A DNA stretch of 64,000 bases from Dehalococcoidia bacterium (GTDB lineage: Bacteria > Chloroflexota > Dehalococcoidia > Bin125). The position numbers and the translations under genes were made by a program. The notes beneath the pieces are model-generated. The model had not been told where the DNA came from. It did no database searches and was given only the letters and a program-made list of their open reading frames with translations. The stretch spans positions 21,659 to 85,658 of the forward strand of contig DAOUKQ010000010.1 in assembly GCA_034421135.1 (NCBI GenBank). The letters are read 5' to 3'. Within the stretch, counting starts at the first letter, position 1. Each line of letters begins with the position of its first letter. This document shows, one piece after another, positions 52,368-63,080 of the stretch.

Positions 52368-53033
52368 TTAATCGCTCACAGCCTCGAGCGCAGCCAGCAG
52401 CTCCTGGCCGACTGCATCGGGAGCCTGTTCGCCGTTGACGGTCGAGAGCTTGCCCGCCTCGCGGTAGTAGGCGACCAGCGGTTCGGTCTGGTCGGCGTAG
52501 ACCTGGAGGCGGTTGGCGATCGCTTCGGGCTTATCGTCGTCGCGTTGGATCATGTTGACGCTATCGCAGCAGGGACTGTCCTCGTCGAGTGGGTTGAAGA
52601 CCCGGTGGAAGACGCTGCCGCAGGTGGCGCAACTGATCCGACCGCCAAGCCGGCGGGTGATCTCCTCGTTCGAGACGTCGATCAGCACCGTCACGGCGAT
52701 TTCGTCGCCCTGTTCGGACAACGATTCGTCCAGCGCCCTGGCCTGTTCGACCGTGCGTGGAAAGCCGTCGAACAGGCAGCCGGCCCTGGCGTCGTCGCGG
52801 CCGATCCGCTCAAGCAACATGCGAATCGTGACGTCGTCCGGGACCAGCTCGCCCTTGTCCATGAAGGTCTTGGCCAGATTGCCCAGCTCGGTGCCGTTGC
52901 GTAGATTCTCGCGGAACATGTCGCCGGTCGAGAGATGGAGCAATCCGGTGCGCTCGGCGGTTTGCACGGCCTGGGTGCCTTTGCCGGCGCCCGGCGGTCC
53001 AAGCAGGATGACGTACATCGTCTTGTCGGTCAT
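52368..53033 (-). CDS. adk: adenylate kinase
   Basis: P-loop GPPGAGKGTQA, and a Zn-lid CxxC...CxxC (CATCG...CC). Confidence 0.9.
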   Translation of the reverse strand: MTDKTMYVILLGPPGAGKGTQAVQTAERTGLLHLSTGDMFRENLRNGTELGNLAKTFMDKGELVPDDVTIRMLLERIGRDDARAGCLFDGFPRTVEQARALDESLSEQGDEIAVTVLIDVSNEEITRRLGGRISCATCGSVFHRVFNPLDEDSPCCDSVNMIQRDDDKPEAIANRLQVYADQTEPLVAYYREAGKLSTVNGEQAPDAVGQELLAALEAVSD

Positions 53034-53035
53034 GG

Positions 53036-54784
53036 CTAGCGAATAAACCCTTCGTAATTGCGCATCAGCAGTTGCGCTTCAATCTGCCGCATCGTGTCCA
53101 GCGCGACGCCGACCACGATCAGCAACCCAGTGGAGGAGATCGTCAGCGCCGTCGAGTCGGGAATGAACTCGGTCGCCAGGAACGGCACCACGGCGACAAA
53201 GCCGAGGAACAACGCTCCCGCCCAGGTGATCCGAGCCAGTACACGGTTGATATAGTCCTGCGTTGGCCGTCCCGGTCTGATACCGGGAATGAACCCACCC
53301 TGTTTCTGCAGGTTCTCGGCCAGGTTCTGCTGCTGGAAGGTCACGAAGGTATAGAAGAAAGTGAATCCGACCACCAGCACGAAGGACAGGGCCCAGTACG
53401 CCGGACGACCGGGCGAGAGGTTGAGCTGAACCCAGTCGGCGGCGCGAATGATCCAACCGGGACGCTCGCCGAGCGTCTGACCCTCAGCGATGTCCGGTGT
53501 GAGCGGGTTATCGACGGGATCCTCGTGCGTCTTGATCTCCGAAATCGCGACGAAGTTGCCCTCGCGATCGGCGAGGCGGATCGGATCCTCGGATATCTCA
53601 TTCGCATCGATGCGCCAGGCGTACAGCGTGTCGCCACTGATCGGATCGGACGTGGTCTCCACCTGGGTCAGCACATTTGAATCGGAGTTCGAGTTGATCC
53701 GATCGAGGACGCCCTGGAAGGTGTCTTCTTCCTTGTTCCATTCAATGATGCCCTCGTTGACGACAAACTCGCCGGAGCCGTCCAGGTCGGGTAGTAACGT
53801 GGCGAGCGTCTCATCGGCGTCCTCGCGCGAGAACGGCAGCTCGACCGCGACCTGGGTCTGCGCCTCTTCGCCGGCGGCGCCGGTCACCCAACCGGCCAGC
53901 ACCGAGGGGAAGATAATGATCGAGAACGCGAAGATCAGTGGGATCATGCCGGCCGAGTTCACGCGCAGCGGAATGTAGGATTGACCGCTCTGGCGGTACA
54001 TCCTCCCTCCTCTGAACACCGATCTCGCGTACTGGACGGGAATGCGCCGCTGCGCCTCCTGGAAGAACACGATCAAGGCGACCAGCGCAATCGCAATCGC
54101 AATCACGACGGCGATGCCGGACCAGCCGATGTCGGACAGGCGGACCGAGTTGAACAGCGTGGGGAAGCTGGCCACGATGCCGGCGAAGATGATCAGCGAG
54201 ATGCCGTTGCCGACGCCCTTCTCGGTGATCAGTTCGCCCAGCCAGATCAGGAACATCGTGCCGGCGGTCATGGTCATCAAGGCCGAGATGGTCGGCAGCC
54301 ACTCCTCCGCGCCGAAGCCGATGCCGGTGATCGCGCGGGCGTTTTCGAGCAGCAGCAACTGTCCGTAGCCCTGGACCAGCGACATCGGCACGGCCAGCCA
54401 GTAGGTGTAGAGCTGAATCCGGTTGCGGCCCGACTCGCCTTCCTGCGCCAGCGCCTGGAGTCGGGGGACGACGGGCTGCATCAGGTTCATCACGATCGAC
54501 GCCGTGATGTAGGGATAGACGCCGAGCGCGACGATGGACAGGTTGTCGAGCCCGCCGCCCGAGAAGAGGTTGAGGAAGCCCAGGACCGGGTTGTTGTCCA
54601 GCGCGTTTTCGAGCTGGGTCTTGTTGATGTCGGGGATCGGTACGTGCGCGACCAGCCGGAAGACCACCAGCATGGCCAGGGTGAACGCGACTTTCTGGCG
54701 AACGTCCGGCTGCCGCCAGGCGTCGACCAGGGCCTGCAGCAGCTTAGGCCTCGTCGGACCCGTCGCTGTCTGGGCTCTCTGCAT
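53036..54784 (-). CDS. secY: preprotein translocase subunit SecY with a ~140-aa hydrophilic insertion
   Basis: Canonical SecY N-terminus (LLQALVDAWRQPDVRQKVAFTLAMLVVFRLVAHVPIPDIN) and C-terminal TMs. Total 582 aa against the usual ~440, with an acidic insert (VAVELPFSREDADE...IRAADWVQLN) within the second half of the protein. Confidence 0.85.
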   Translation of the reverse strand: MQRAQTATGPTRPKLLQALVDAWRQPDVRQKVAFTLAMLVVFRLVAHVPIPDINKTQLENALDNNPVLGFLNLFSGGGLDNLSIVALGVYPYITASIVMNLMQPVVPRLQALAQEGESGRNRIQLYTYWLAVPMSLVQGYGQLLLLENARAITGIGFGAEEWLPTISALMTMTAGTMFLIWLGELITEKGVGNGISLIIFAGIVASFPTLFNSVRLSDIGWSGIAVVIAIAIALVALIVFFQEAQRRIPVQYARSVFRGGRMYRQSGQSYIPLRVNSAGMIPLIFAFSIIIFPSVLAGWVTGAAGEEAQTQVAVELPFSREDADETLATLLPDLDGSGEFVVNEGIIEWNKEEDTFQGVLDRINSNSDSNVLTQVETTSDPISGDTLYAWRIDANEISEDPIRLADREGNFVAISEIKTHEDPVDNPLTPDIAEGQTLGERPGWIIRAADWVQLNLSPGRPAYWALSFVLVVGFTFFYTFVTFQQQNLAENLQKQGGFIPGIRPGRPTQDYINRVLARITWAGALFLGFVAVVPFLATEFIPDSTALTISSTGLLIVVGVALDTMRQIEAQLLMRNYEGFIR

Positions 54785-55235
54785 TGATCACCTCGACGCT
54801 GCCGCCTGCGGCAACGATCTTCGCTTGAGCTGCCGGAGAAATTCGTTCCACGCGCAGATGCACGGCAGCGGTGATTTCACCACCGGCGAGCACCTTGAAT
54901 CGCTGGGTCGCGCGGCGGAGCAACCCCACCGCGACGAGCGATTTCGCTTCGACCGTATCACCATCGGAGAAGCGGCGATCGATGTCGACGACATTGATCG
55001 GGTGCGCTTCCACCCGGAACGGGGCTTTGAAGCCTTTGCGCCGGGGCAGCGTGCGCATCATCGACATCGCGCCGCCCTCGAATACCGAGTTGTAGTCGCG
55101 ACCCGAGCGCGAAAGCTGACCCTTGAGGCCGCGTCCCGAGTAGGTGCCCTTGCCCGAGGCGTTGCCCCGGCCGACCCGCTTGCGCTTCTTGCGCGACCCG
55201 GGCGCGGGCTGCAGATCGTTCATCCGCAAGACCAT
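54744..55235 (-). CDS. rplO: 50S ribosomal protein L15
   Basis: L15 Gly/Lys-rich N-terminus RVGRGNASGKGTYSGRG. Confidence 0.85.
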   Translation of the reverse strand: MVLRMNDLQPAPGSRKKRKRVGRGNASGKGTYSGRGLKGQLSRSGRDYNSVFEGGAMSMMRTLPRRKGFKAPFRVEAHPINVVDIDRRFSDGDTVEAKSLVAVGLLRRATQRFKVLAGGEITAAVHLRVERISPAAQAKIVAAGGSVEVINAESPDSDGSDEA

Positions 55236-55423
55236 CAGGCCTCCTCGACTTCCGTCACCGTGACGAGATGGGAGACTTTGTGAATCATCCCCCGCACATC
55301 CGGCGTATCTTCTTTGAGCGTGCTCTGACCAAGCCGCCGCAAGCCGAGCGAGCGGATGGTGTGGCCCTGATCGGAGCGGTAGCCGATGGCCGACTTGGTA
55401 TAGGTGATCTTGATCTGGGCCAT
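55235..55423 (-). CDS. rpmD: 50S ribosomal protein L30
   Basis: MAQIKITYTKSAIGYRSDQ. Confidence 0.85.
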   Translation of the reverse strand: MAQIKITYTKSAIGYRSDQGHTIRSLGLRRLGQSTLKEDTPDVRGMIHKVSHLVTVTEVEEA

Positions 55424-55429
55424 GATCTG

Positions 55430-56035
55430 TTACTCGCTCGCTCCGGCAGCGACGGCCTCAGCCTCCGCAGCCTGGGCCTCGACTGGCGCTTGCGGCTCGG
55501 CGGGCACGCGACCGGCGAGTCGCAGCCGCTCGCGGCGGACCTGGACCGGGTCGCGCAGTTGCTCCAGCGCGCGCTGGGTTGCCTGGACGACGTTGACCAC
55601 GTTGTTCGAGCCCAACGACTTGGACAGCACGTTGCGCAGGCCGACCGCCTCCAGCACGGCGCGGACCCCGCCGCCGGCGATGACGCCGGTACCGGGCGCC
55701 GCCGGCTTGAGCAGCACCTGCGAGGCGCAAAATCGCGCCGTGATCGGGTGGGGGATTGTGCCGTTGCGAATCGGCACGCTCACCATCTCCCGGCGGGCGA
55801 TGGTCGAACCCTTGCGGATCGCATCGGGTACTTCGTTGGCCCGGCCAATGCCGATGCCGACCTGTCCATTGCCATCGCCGACGACCACCACCGAGGTGAA
55901 CGAGAATCGACGACCGCCCTTGACCACCTTGGCCACGCGGGAGACCGAGACGACCTTCTCGATGATGTCGTCCTGCGGTTCCTCGCGCTCGCGACGCCGG
56001 CCTCGCCCGCGTCCGCCTTCTCGCTGTTGCACCAT
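55430..56035 (-). CDS. rpsE: 30S ribosomal protein S5
   Basis: S5 core [20 protein letters not shown]. The start is the Met MVQQREGG at 56035; the ORF-track 308-aa frame is over-extended. Confidence 0.85.
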   Translation of the reverse strand: MVQQREGGRGRGRRREREEPQDDIIEKVVSVSRVAKVVKGGRRFSFTSVVVVGDGNGQVGIGIGRANEVPDAIRKGSTIARREMVSVPIRNGTIPHPITARFCASQVLLKPAAPGTGVIAGGGVRAVLEAVGLRNVLSKSLGSNNVVNVVQATQRALEQLRDPVQVRRERLRLAGRVPAEPQAPVEAQAAEAEAVAAGASE

Positions 56036-56073
56036 GTGTCGCTCCTGATCCTCGACTCCGGAATCCGTCGACC

Positions 56074-56457
56074 CTAGAAGACGAGTCCCGCCTTGCGCGC
56101 GGCCTCGGCCAGAGCGCGAACGCGTCCGTGATACTTGTACCCGGCTCGGTCGAAGACGACAGCGGAAATGCCGGCCTCTTGCGCCACCTGAGCCAGTTGA
56201 CGGCCCACCGCTCGCGCGCTGGCCTGCTTGCCCGAACCGTCGTCTTCGGTTGCCGCAGCAGCGCCGGAGCCGAGGTCCGAGGCGCTCGCCAACGTCACGC
56301 CGGCATCGTCGTCGATGACCTGACCGTAAATGTGCCGGGCAGATCGGAAGACGCACAGTCGCGGGCGCTGCGCGGTTCCATGCACGCGCTTGCGCACGCG
56401 CAGGTGCCGACGTTTGCGCGCGGCCCGATTAGTAAGCCGCTTTCTGCGAATCGTCAT
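56074..56457 (-). CDS. rplR: 50S ribosomal protein L18
   Basis: L18 similarity ([12 protein letters not shown]...RLCVFRS). Confidence 0.9.
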   Translation of the reverse strand: MTIRRKRLTNRAARKRRHLRVRKRVHGTAQRPRLCVFRSARHIYGQVIDDDAGVTLASASDLGSGAAAATEDDGSGKQASARAVGRQLAQVAQEAGISAVVFDRAGYKYHGRVRALAEAARKAGLVF

Positions 56458-56502
56458 CTCATCATCTCCACATCAACGCCGCGCTTCGCGCTCGCCCGAG
56501 GG

Positions 56503-57039
56503 CTAGCCGATCGCGCTCTTGCCCTGCTTGCGGCGCACCCATTCGCCCTGGTAGCGGATGCCCTTGCCCTTGTAGGGCTCGGGCGGACGCACCGCGCGAA
56601 TCTCGGCAGCCTGCTGGCCGACGACCTGCTTGTTGGCGCCGCGCACGTGTACGAGCTGGCCCTCGACGGCGAACTCGATGCCGTCGGGCGGGTCCTTGCG
56701 CACCAGGTGCGAGTAGCCCACACGCAGCACCAGCGTCTTCCCGTCCATCTCGGCGCGGTAGCCCGTGCCTTGGATTTCAAGGGTCTTGGTCCAACCTTCG
56801 GACACGCCGGTGACCATGTTCTGAATCAGCGACCGAGCCAGGCCGTGCTGCGAGCGATGCTCGCGCCGGTCGCTGGGTCGCGTTACGACAATCTCATTCT
56901 CGCCGAGGGAGATATGCAGATCAGGATGCACGTGCTGGTCGAGCTCGCCGCGCGGTCCTTTGACCGACACGTGGCCCGACTCGATCTCGACGCTCACGCC
57001 CGAGGGCACCGCGACGGGCAACCGGCCAATTCGACTCAT
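56503..57039 (-). CDS. rplF: 50S ribosomal protein L6
   Basis: MSRIGRLPVAVPSGVSV. Confidence 0.9.
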   Translation of the reverse strand: MSRIGRLPVAVPSGVSVEIESGHVSVKGPRGELDQHVHPDLHISLGENEIVVTRPSDRREHRSQHGLARSLIQNMVTGVSEGWTKTLEIQGTGYRAEMDGKTLVLRVGYSHLVRKDPPDGIEFAVEGQLVHVRGANKQVVGQQAAEIRAVRPPEPYKGKGIRYQGEWVRRKQGKSAIG

Positions 57040-57070
57040 CGTCCCGCTCCCGTCCTGATTGCTGGATCGA

Positions 57071-57475
57071 TTACCAGACGAAGCACAGCACTTCTCCGCC
57101 CACGTTCTCGCGGCGCGCCTGGGCGCCGGTCATGACGCCGCGCGGCGTCGTGAGGATCGCGACGCCGAGACCGCCGTACGGCCGCGGGATCTCTCGCTTC
57201 TGCACGTAGACGCGCAGTCCCGGCCGCGATACCCGCTTCAGACCGGTGACGACCGAGGAGCCTTGCTCGTCGTAGAGCAGTTCGACATCAATGTCGCGCC
57301 CGGCGCGGCCGATTCGTTCCCTGACTTCGAACGAGCGGATGAAGCCTTCCTCTTCGAGCACGTTGGCGATCGAGATCTTCATCTTCGACGCCGGTATCTC
57401 TACTCGCGGATGGCCCGCGTGGATCGCGTTGCGAATGCGGGTCAGCATGTCGGCGACGGGATCGGTAACTGGCAT
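57071..57475 (-). CDS. rpsH: 30S ribosomal protein S8
   Basis: [17 protein letters not shown]. Confidence 0.9.
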   Translation of the reverse strand: MPVTDPVADMLTRIRNAIHAGHPRVEIPASKMKISIANVLEEEGFIRSFEVRERIGRAGRDIDVELLYDEQGSSVVTGLKRVSRPGLRVYVQKREIPRPYGGLGVAILTTPRGVMTGAQARRENVGGEVLCFVW

Positions 57476-57559
57476 TGCGAATCCTGCCTGCTAGCGCAGT
57501 TCCTGGCTGGTCTGGCTGTTGTCGTGGTTGGTGTTCTGCATGTTCTGCATATCGGTCGC

Positions 57560-58144
57560 TCACTGCGTCCGCTCGAAGGGGAATCCAAGCAGTTCCAGCA
57601 GGCGTCGTCCCTCGGCATCGTTGCGCGCCGTGGTGATGATGTTCACCTGCAACGAGCGCACCTGATCGACGTTGCCGTAGTCGATCTCGGGGAACACGAT
57701 CTGCTCGCGAATCCCCAGCGAGTAGTTGCCGCGGCCGTCGAACGCGGTCCGCGAGACGCCCTGGAAGTCGCGGATACGAGGCAGCGCCGCGTTGATCGTG
57801 CGGTCGAGGAACTCCCACATCCGCGCGCCGCGCAGCGTGCACGAGACGCCGACGTTGTTGCCGGCGCGCAGCTTGAAGTTGGCGATCGACTTCTTGGCCT
57901 TGTTGATCACCGGCTTCTGTCCCGTAATCGTGGTCATGTCGGCGACGCAGTTCTCCAGGATCGCCGCACCGCCCTGACCGAGCGCCTCGCCGACGCCCGA
58001 GTTGACCACGACCTTTACCACTCGCGGAACCTGCATCACGTTGTCGTAGCGGAACTCCTCGAAGAGTCGCGGCGCGATCTCTTCGTTGAAGCGCTGCTTC
58101 AGCCGCGGTGCGGCGCCGTTGGTGTCGCTTGCGTTCGTCGTCAT
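57560..58144 (-). CDS. rplE: 50S ribosomal protein L5
   Basis: L5 similarity from the internal Met MTTNASD...LKQRF. The ORF-track start is over-extended. Confidence 0.9.
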   Translation of the reverse strand: MTTNASDTNGAAPRLKQRFNEEIAPRLFEEFRYDNVMQVPRVVKVVVNSGVGEALGQGGAAILENCVADMTTITGQKPVINKAKKSIANFKLRAGNNVGVSCTLRGARMWEFLDRTINAALPRIRDFQGVSRTAFDGRGNYSLGIREQIVFPEIDYGNVDQVRSLQVNIITTARNDAEGRRLLELLGFPFERTQ

Positions 58145-58458
58145 CAGTCGATATCCCCATCGCATTTGCGGCAGACGCGAGTCTTGGCGCCGTCCGCACG
58201 CTCTCGGAATCCGATGCGCGATGGTCGGTCGCAAATCGGGCAGACCACGGCGACATTCGACTCGTGCAGCGGCGCTTCACGTTCGACGATGCCGGCCGGC
58301 GCGCCCAACTGCGTCGCCTGCATATGCCGCTTAACCATGTTCAGGCCGGTCACGATGACCCGGTCCTTGCGCGGGAGCACCTGGCGCACCTGACCGCGGC
58401 GCCCGCGGTCCTTGCCGCTTCGCACTTCCACCAGGTCGTCACGTTGCACTCGTCGCAT
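58144..58458 (-). CDS. rplX: 50S ribosomal protein L24
   Basis: KOW motif [13 protein letters not shown]. Confidence 0.9.
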   Translation of the reverse strand: MRRVQRDDLVEVRSGKDRGRRGQVRQVLPRKDRVIVTGLNMVKRHMQATQLGAPAGIVEREAPLHESNVAVVCPICDRPSRIGFRERADGAKTRVCRKCDGDID

Positions 58459-58830
58459 CTAGACCACCTCCGGTGCGAGCGAGACGATGCGCATGAAGTC
58501 GCGCTCGCGCAGTTCCCGCGCTACTGGACCGAGAATGCGCGTCCCGGTTGGATTCTGTCCGTCGTTGCCGAGAATCACGGCGGCGTTGTCGTCGAAACGG
58601 ATGTAGGAGCCGTCGACCCGGCGGTACTGCTTCGCCACTCGGACGATGACCGCCCGCACGACCTGGCCGGCGCGAATCTCACGGTTGGGATCGGCCTGCT
58701 TGACCGTCGCAACGATCGTGTCGCCGACCGACGCGTAGCGGCGCTTGGTGCCCCCCAGCACGCGGATGCATTTGATCACCCGGGCGCCGGAGTTGTCGGC
58801 GACTCGCAGGGATGATTCCTGCTGGATCAC
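58459..58830 (-). CDS. rplN: 50S ribosomal protein L14
   Basis: [16 protein letters not shown]. Confidence 0.9.
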   Translation of the reverse strand: MIQQESSLRVADNSGARVIKCIRVLGGTKRRYASVGDTIVATVKQADPNREIRAGQVVRAVIVRVAKQYRRVDGSYIRFDDNAAVILGNDGQNPTGTRILGPVARELRERDFMRIVSLAPEVV

Positions 58831-59171
58831 TCCGAATCCTCACTCCCCGCGACCACCGGCGCCTCGTCGGGCGTTGCGGCCTCTTCCAGCGACGGCGCGC
58901 CGATCTCTTGCGGCTGGATGTCGGCGACTTCGCGGCGCTCGAGAATCTCGACCACGCGCCACGACTTGCGCTTCGACAGCGGCCGACATTCTTCGATCAC
59001 CACGCGATCGCCAATCTTGCAATCGTTCATCTCGTCATGCGCCAGGTATCGCTTGCGCCGGCGCATGACTTTCTTGTAGAGCGGATGCCGGACCGTGCGC
59101 TCCACGTGGACCGAGACGGTCTTGTGCTGAGCGTCAGCGACGGCAAATCCGACACGTCGTTTGCGGGCCAT
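58827..59171 (-). CDS. rpsQ: 30S ribosomal protein S17 (with an acidic C-terminal extension)
   Basis: S17 core [18 protein letters not shown], then a ~30-aa acidic tail. Confidence 0.9.
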   Translation of the reverse strand: MARKRRVGFAVADAQHKTVSVHVERTVRHPLYKKVMRRRKRYLAHDEMNDCKIGDRVVIEECRPLSKRKSWRVVEILERREVADIQPQEIGAPSLEEAATPDEAPVVAGSEDSE

Positions 59172-59174
59172 CGG

Positions 59175-59489
59175 TTACGCTTCCTCGCTCGGCGAGCCGT
59201 TCGCCGGCTCGGACTCTGGATCGCTCTCAGGTTCGGTCTCGTTGGCGTCGGCGACTCGCGCCAGAGGGGCAATCGGCTCGCCGCGAGCCTCGGCCAACTG
59301 ACGTTCGCGCAGAATCGTGCGCAGACGCGCGACCTGTTTCCTGGCCTGGCGCATCGCCATCGGGTTCTGGAGCTGTCGGGTTCCGCTCTGGAACTGCAGG
59401 TTGAACACCTCGCGGTAGGCTTCGTTGATCGCATCGCCCAACTGGGCGTCGGTCATCGCGCGGGCTTCGTCGGCCAGTGCGTTTGCCAT
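59175..59489 (-). CDS. rpmC: 50S ribosomal protein L29 (with a C-terminal extension)
   Basis: L29 core (REVFNLQFQ...KQVARLRTILRER), then a ~35-aa acidic tail. Confidence 0.85.
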   Translation of the reverse strand: MANALADEARAMTDAQLGDAINEAYREVFNLQFQSGTRQLQNPMAMRQARKQVARLRTILRERQLAEARGEPIAPLARVADANETEPESDPESEPANGSPSEEA

Positions 59490-59491
59490 TG

Positions 59492-59911
59492 CTACACCAC
59501 CTCCGCTTCTCGCACGACCACGCGGGTCCGCACCGGCAGCTTGTGGCTGGCACGGCGGAGCGCTTCGCGGGCGTCTTCTTCCGGGACTCCGGCGAGCTCA
59601 AACAGCACGCGACCGGGCTTGACGACGGCGACCCACTTCTCGGGAGCGCCCTTGCCCTTGCCCATGCGCGTTTCCGCCGGCTTTTGGGTCACCGACTTGT
59701 CGGGAAACACCCGGATCCAAACTTTGCCGCCACGGCGGACGTAATGGGTGATCGCGCGACGCGCCGCCTCGAGCTGGCGACCGTCGATCCAGGCCGCGTC
59801 CAGCGACTGCAATCCGATGTCGCCAAAAGCGACCGAGTTGCCCGACTGCGCCATCCCGCGGCGTCGGCCGCGGTGATGCTTGCGCCACTTGACTCGTCTC
59901 GGTTGAAGCAT
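59492..59911 (-). CDS. rplP: 50S ribosomal protein L16
   Basis: [16 protein letters not shown]. Confidence 0.9.
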   Translation of the reverse strand: MLQPRRVKWRKHHRGRRRGMAQSGNSVAFGDIGLQSLDAAWIDGRQLEAARRAITHYVRRGGKVWIRVFPDKSVTQKPAETRMGKGKGAPEKWVAVVKPGRVLFELAGVPEEDAREALRRASHKLPVRTRVVVREAEVV

Positions 59912-60621
59912 CAGCGGCCTCCCCGTCCACCGGCGACCGGCGGCTCAATCGCCTGGGCGGGGCCGCCCGGCGCGTCCGGCTCGGCGCCGAAGGGCAGAAT
60001 CTCACCCTTGTAGATCCAGACCTTGACGCCAATCTTGCCGAACACCGTGTTGGCCTCGGCAAATCCGTAATCGATATCCGCCCGCAGCGTGTGCAACGGG
60101 ACTCGACCCGCCATCTCCTGCGCCTTGCGCGACATCTCGGCGCCGCCCAGGCGACCCGAGATGATGATCTTCGCGCCTTCGGCGCCCCGCTGCATCGTCC
60201 GCTGCACGGCCTGCTTGATCGCGCGGCGAAATGCGATCCGCCGCTCCATCTGCTCGGCCACGTTGCGAGCCACGAGCTGCGCATCCAGTTCGGGCACGCG
60301 AATCTCCGAGACATCCACGCGCAGCTTGATTGGCCGCGCGATCAACCCTTCGAGCGACTTTCGCAACTCTTCCACATTCTGTCCGCCACGACCGATCACG
60401 ATGCCCGGCTTCGCGGTGTAGAGCTTGACGCCGAGCTGATTCGCATCGCGCTCGATGTCGATGCGCGAGATCATCGCCTCGCGCAGACGTTCGTTGATGA
60501 ACTTGCGAATCTTGAGGTCTTCGGCCAGCAGCTCCGCGTAGTTCTTCTCCGAGTACCACTGCGAGCGCCACTCGTAGATGGTGCCGATCCGGAAACTGGT
60601 GGGATGTACTTTCTGTCCCAT
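59911..60621 (-). CDS. rpsC: 30S ribosomal protein S3
   Basis: [13 protein letters not shown] at the internal Met. The ORF-track 5' extension is an artefact. Confidence 0.9.
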   Translation of the reverse strand: MGQKVHPTSFRIGTIYEWRSQWYSEKNYAELLAEDLKIRKFINERLREAMISRIDIERDANQLGVKLYTAKPGIVIGRGGQNVEELRKSLEGLIARPIKLRVDVSEIRVPELDAQLVARNVAEQMERRIAFRRAIKQAVQRTMQRGAEGAKIIISGRLGGAEMSRKAQEMAGRVPLHTLRADIDYGFAEANTVFGKIGVKVWIYKGEILPFGAEPDAPGGPAQAIEPPVAGGRGGR

Positions 60622-60641
60622 GGCGTGATCCGTCCCCTGCC

Positions 60642-60983
60642 CTATTGGTCGTTGCCGTCGGACACGACGACGGTGATGTGCGCGGTGCGCTTGAGGATTC
60701 GACCGACCCGGCCGCGCGCTTTGGCCCGGAAGCGGCGCAGGGTACGACCATCGCCCGCGTGAATCGAGTGGATGTGCAGGTCGCGCGCGTCGAGCCCGTG
60801 ATTGTTCTCGGCGTTCGCGACGGCTGAGTCGAGCACTTTCGCCACGTCGCGCGCGATCGGCTTGGGCGTAAAGCGCAGTTGCAGCCGGGCATCTTCGACC
60901 GGCATCCCGCGCAGTCCCTGCATGACCAGGCGGACCTTGCGCGGCGAGGTGCGGACGAACTTGGCGCTGGCCTGTACTTGCAT
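60642..60983 (-). CDS. rplV: 50S ribosomal protein L22
   Basis: [20 protein letters not shown] at the internal Met, 113 aa. Confidence 0.85.
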   Translation of the reverse strand: MQVQASAKFVRTSPRKVRLVMQGLRGMPVEDARLQLRFTPKPIARDVAKVLDSAVANAENNHGLDARDLHIHSIHAGDGRTLRRFRAKARGRVGRILKRTAHITVVVSDGNDQ

Positions 60984-61267
60984 CAGCGCACCCGCGTTCC
61001 ACGGTCGGAACGACCGATGTGTCCGCGGAACGTTCGCGTGGGCGCGAACTCGCCAAGCTTGTGACCGACCATGTTCTCGGTGATGAAGACCGGCACATGG
61101 CGCCGGCCGTCGTGCACCGCGATCGTCAGTCCGACCATCTCGGGCACGATCGTCGAAGCGCGCGCCCAGGTCTGGATCACCGTGCGCGCGCCCGCCGAAC
61201 GTACGCGCTGCACTTTTCTCATCAGCTTGTGGTCCACGTATGGACCCTTTTTCGTCGATCTCGACAT
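60983..61267 (-). CDS. rpsS: 30S ribosomal protein S19
   Basis: [19 protein letters not shown]. Confidence 0.9.
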   Translation of the reverse strand: MSRSTKKGPYVDHKLMRKVQRVRSAGARTVIQTWARASTIVPEMVGLTIAVHDGRRHVPVFITENMVGHKLGEFAPTRTFRGHIGRSDRGTRVR

Positions 61268-61290
61268 CGCGACAGACCTCTACGTCTTCC

Positions 61291-62127
61291 TTAGCGCCGT
61301 CGACCACGTCGGCGAACGATGTACTTGTCCGATTGTTTCTTGCCCCGCGTGCGGCGGCCAAGCGTGTACCAACCCCAGGGCGACTTGGGACCGGGCAGAC
61401 CGATTGGGGCCTTGCCCTCGCCGCCGCCGTGGGGGTGGTCGACCGGATTCATCACCGAACCGCGCACCTGCGGTCGTCGGCCACGGTGGCGATTACGTCC
61501 GGCCTTGCCCAACTTGATGTTGGAGTGTTCCACGTTGCCGACCTGGCCAATCGTCGCGTAACAGGCCGAGCGCACGCGCCGCATCTCGCCCGAGGGCAGT
61601 CGCAGCAGCGCGTAGTCGCCTTCTTTGGCCATGATCTGCGCCGATGCGCCGGCCGAGCGCACCATCTGCGCGCCGCGACCTTCGGTCAGCTCGACATTGT
61701 GGACCTGGGTTCCGTTGGGAATCGCCGACATCGGCAGCGCATTGCCAACTCGAATCGGCGCCTCGGGGCCGGACATCAGCCGGTCATCGACCTGGAGGCC
61801 ACTCGGCGCAACGATGTAGCGCTTGACGCCATCGGTGTAGAAGATCAGTGCAATCCGCGCCGTGCGGTTGGGGTCGTACTCGATCGCGGCGACACGGCCC
61901 TCAATGCCGATCCGGTCGCGCCGCTTCCAGTCGATCACGCGGTAGCGGCGCTTGTGGCCGCCTCCGCGATGGCGGACGGTGACGCGGCCCTTGTTGTTGC
62001 GTCCCGACTTCTTCTTGAGCGGAGCGAGCAGGCTCTTCTCCGGCTTCTTCTTCGTGATCTCCTCAAACGTGTGGCCCGAGGAGTTACGGCGTCCGGGCGA
62101 GGTGGGCTTGAAGTTCTTGATCGGCAT
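61291..62127 (-). CDS. rplB: 50S ribosomal protein L2
   Basis: [14 protein letters not shown] and the C-terminal HPHGGGEGK motif. Confidence 0.9.
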   Translation of the reverse strand: MPIKNFKPTSPGRRNSSGHTFEEITKKKPEKSLLAPLKKKSGRNNKGRVTVRHRGGGHKRRYRVIDWKRRDRIGIEGRVAAIEYDPNRTARIALIFYTDGVKRYIVAPSGLQVDDRLMSGPEAPIRVGNALPMSAIPNGTQVHNVELTEGRGAQMVRSAGASAQIMAKEGDYALLRLPSGEMRRVRSACYATIGQVGNVEHSNIKLGKAGRNRHRGRRPQVRGSVMNPVDHPHGGGEGKAPIGLPGPKSPWGWYTLGRRTRGKKQSDKYIVRRRGRRR

Positions 62128-62128
62128 G

Positions 62129-62443
62129 TCAGACCCCCTCGAACAGGCGGATCTCGTAGCCGTCGGCCAACGTGATGATCGCCTTCTTCCAGTCGCGCTC
62201 GCGACCCGGTCGCCCGCGACCGATGCGCCGCGTCGCGCCGCGCACGTTGATCACGTTGACCTTCTTCACTTGCACCGAGAACGCGATTTCAATCGCTTCG
62301 CGAATCTGCAGCTTGTTGGCGCGCGGATCGACCTCAAAGACGTACTTGCCGTGTTCGGCCAGCTCAGTCGATTTCTCGGTGATGATCGGTTCGCGCAGCA
62401 CGGCGTATGGATGAATGTCTTTAGGCATCGTTCGCCCCCTCAT
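62129..62443 (-). CDS. rplW: 50S ribosomal protein L23
   Basis: L23 motif [12 protein letters not shown]. Start possibly at the internal MPKDIH. Confidence 0.85.
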   Translation of the reverse strand: MRGRTMPKDIHPYAVLREPIITEKSTELAEHGKYVFEVDPRANKLQIREAIEIAFSVQVKKVNVINVRGATRRIGRGRPGRERDWKKAIITLADGYEIRLFEGV

Positions 62444-63080
62444 CCGCCGCGTCCGAGCCCACGGCCCACATCGCCTCGCAGCGACGCAGGGCGGCCTCGG
62501 TCATGATCAGGTGGTCGTGCGTCAGGATCAGGTAGCTGCTCAACGTCTGCGCGGGCATCGCCTGGATGTTGGGCAGGTTGCGCGTGCCTCGGACCAGCGC
62601 CTCGTCGACACCGTCGGACACGACCAGCGCCGTGCGCTCGATGCCGAACGACTTGCAGAGCCCAGCCATCGCCGAGGTTTTGGCGTCGAACTCCACGTCC
62701 GGAGCCGCGACCAGCACGCCGCCTTCGGATGCGCGTTGCGACAGCAGCGAGCGAATCGCCAGCCGGCGCATCCGCTTCGGCAGGCGTTGTCGGTACGAGC
62801 GAGGATGAGGGCCGTGCGCCACCGCGCCGCCGATGCGGGTCGGCGAAGACGGCGTACCCAGGCGCGCGCGACCGCCGCCCTTCTGCCGCCCGGTCTTTTT
62901 CGACGCCTGGCGAATGCCGGAGCGGTCGAGAGTCGAGCTATTGCCCTGACGCGCGTTCGCGCGTTGCGCGGTCACCGCCTGATGTATCACGGCGAGGTTC
63001 GGCTCGATACCAAAGACCGAGTCGTCGGCATCGATCTCGCCGGCGGCGTTGCCTTGCGCGTCGATCAGCGGAAGTTTCAT
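62421..63080 (-). CDS. rplD: 50S ribosomal protein L4
   Basis: L4 similarity (MKLPLIDAQG...). Confidence 0.9.
   Translation of the reverse strand: MKLPLIDAQGNAAGEIDADDSVFGIEPNLAVIHQAVTAQRANARQGNSSTLDRSGIRQASKKTGRQKGGGRARLGTPSSPTRIGGAVAHGPHPRSYRQRLPKRMRRLAIRSLLSQRASEGGVLVAAPDVEFDAKTSAMAGLCKSFGIERTALVVSDGVDEALVRGTRNLPNIQAMPAQTLSSYLILTHDHLIMTEAALRRCEAMWAVGSDAADEGANDA

Noticed and set aside
55430-56356. ORF-track S5 frame of 308 aa, and similarly over-extended frames for rpsC (395 aa), rplV (239 aa), rplE (224 aa) and the enoyl-CoA hydratase (521 aa)
   Set aside because: Homology begins at internal Met codons. The N-terminal extensions are Arg-rich junk from open upstream sequence, so starts were moved to the homologous Met.
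57476-57559. 19-codon [22 protein letters not shown] between rplE and rpsH, considered as a remnant of rpsN (S14)
   Set aside because: It is too short and has no similarity to S14. It is treated as intergenic, and the absence of rpsN is reported as a finding instead.
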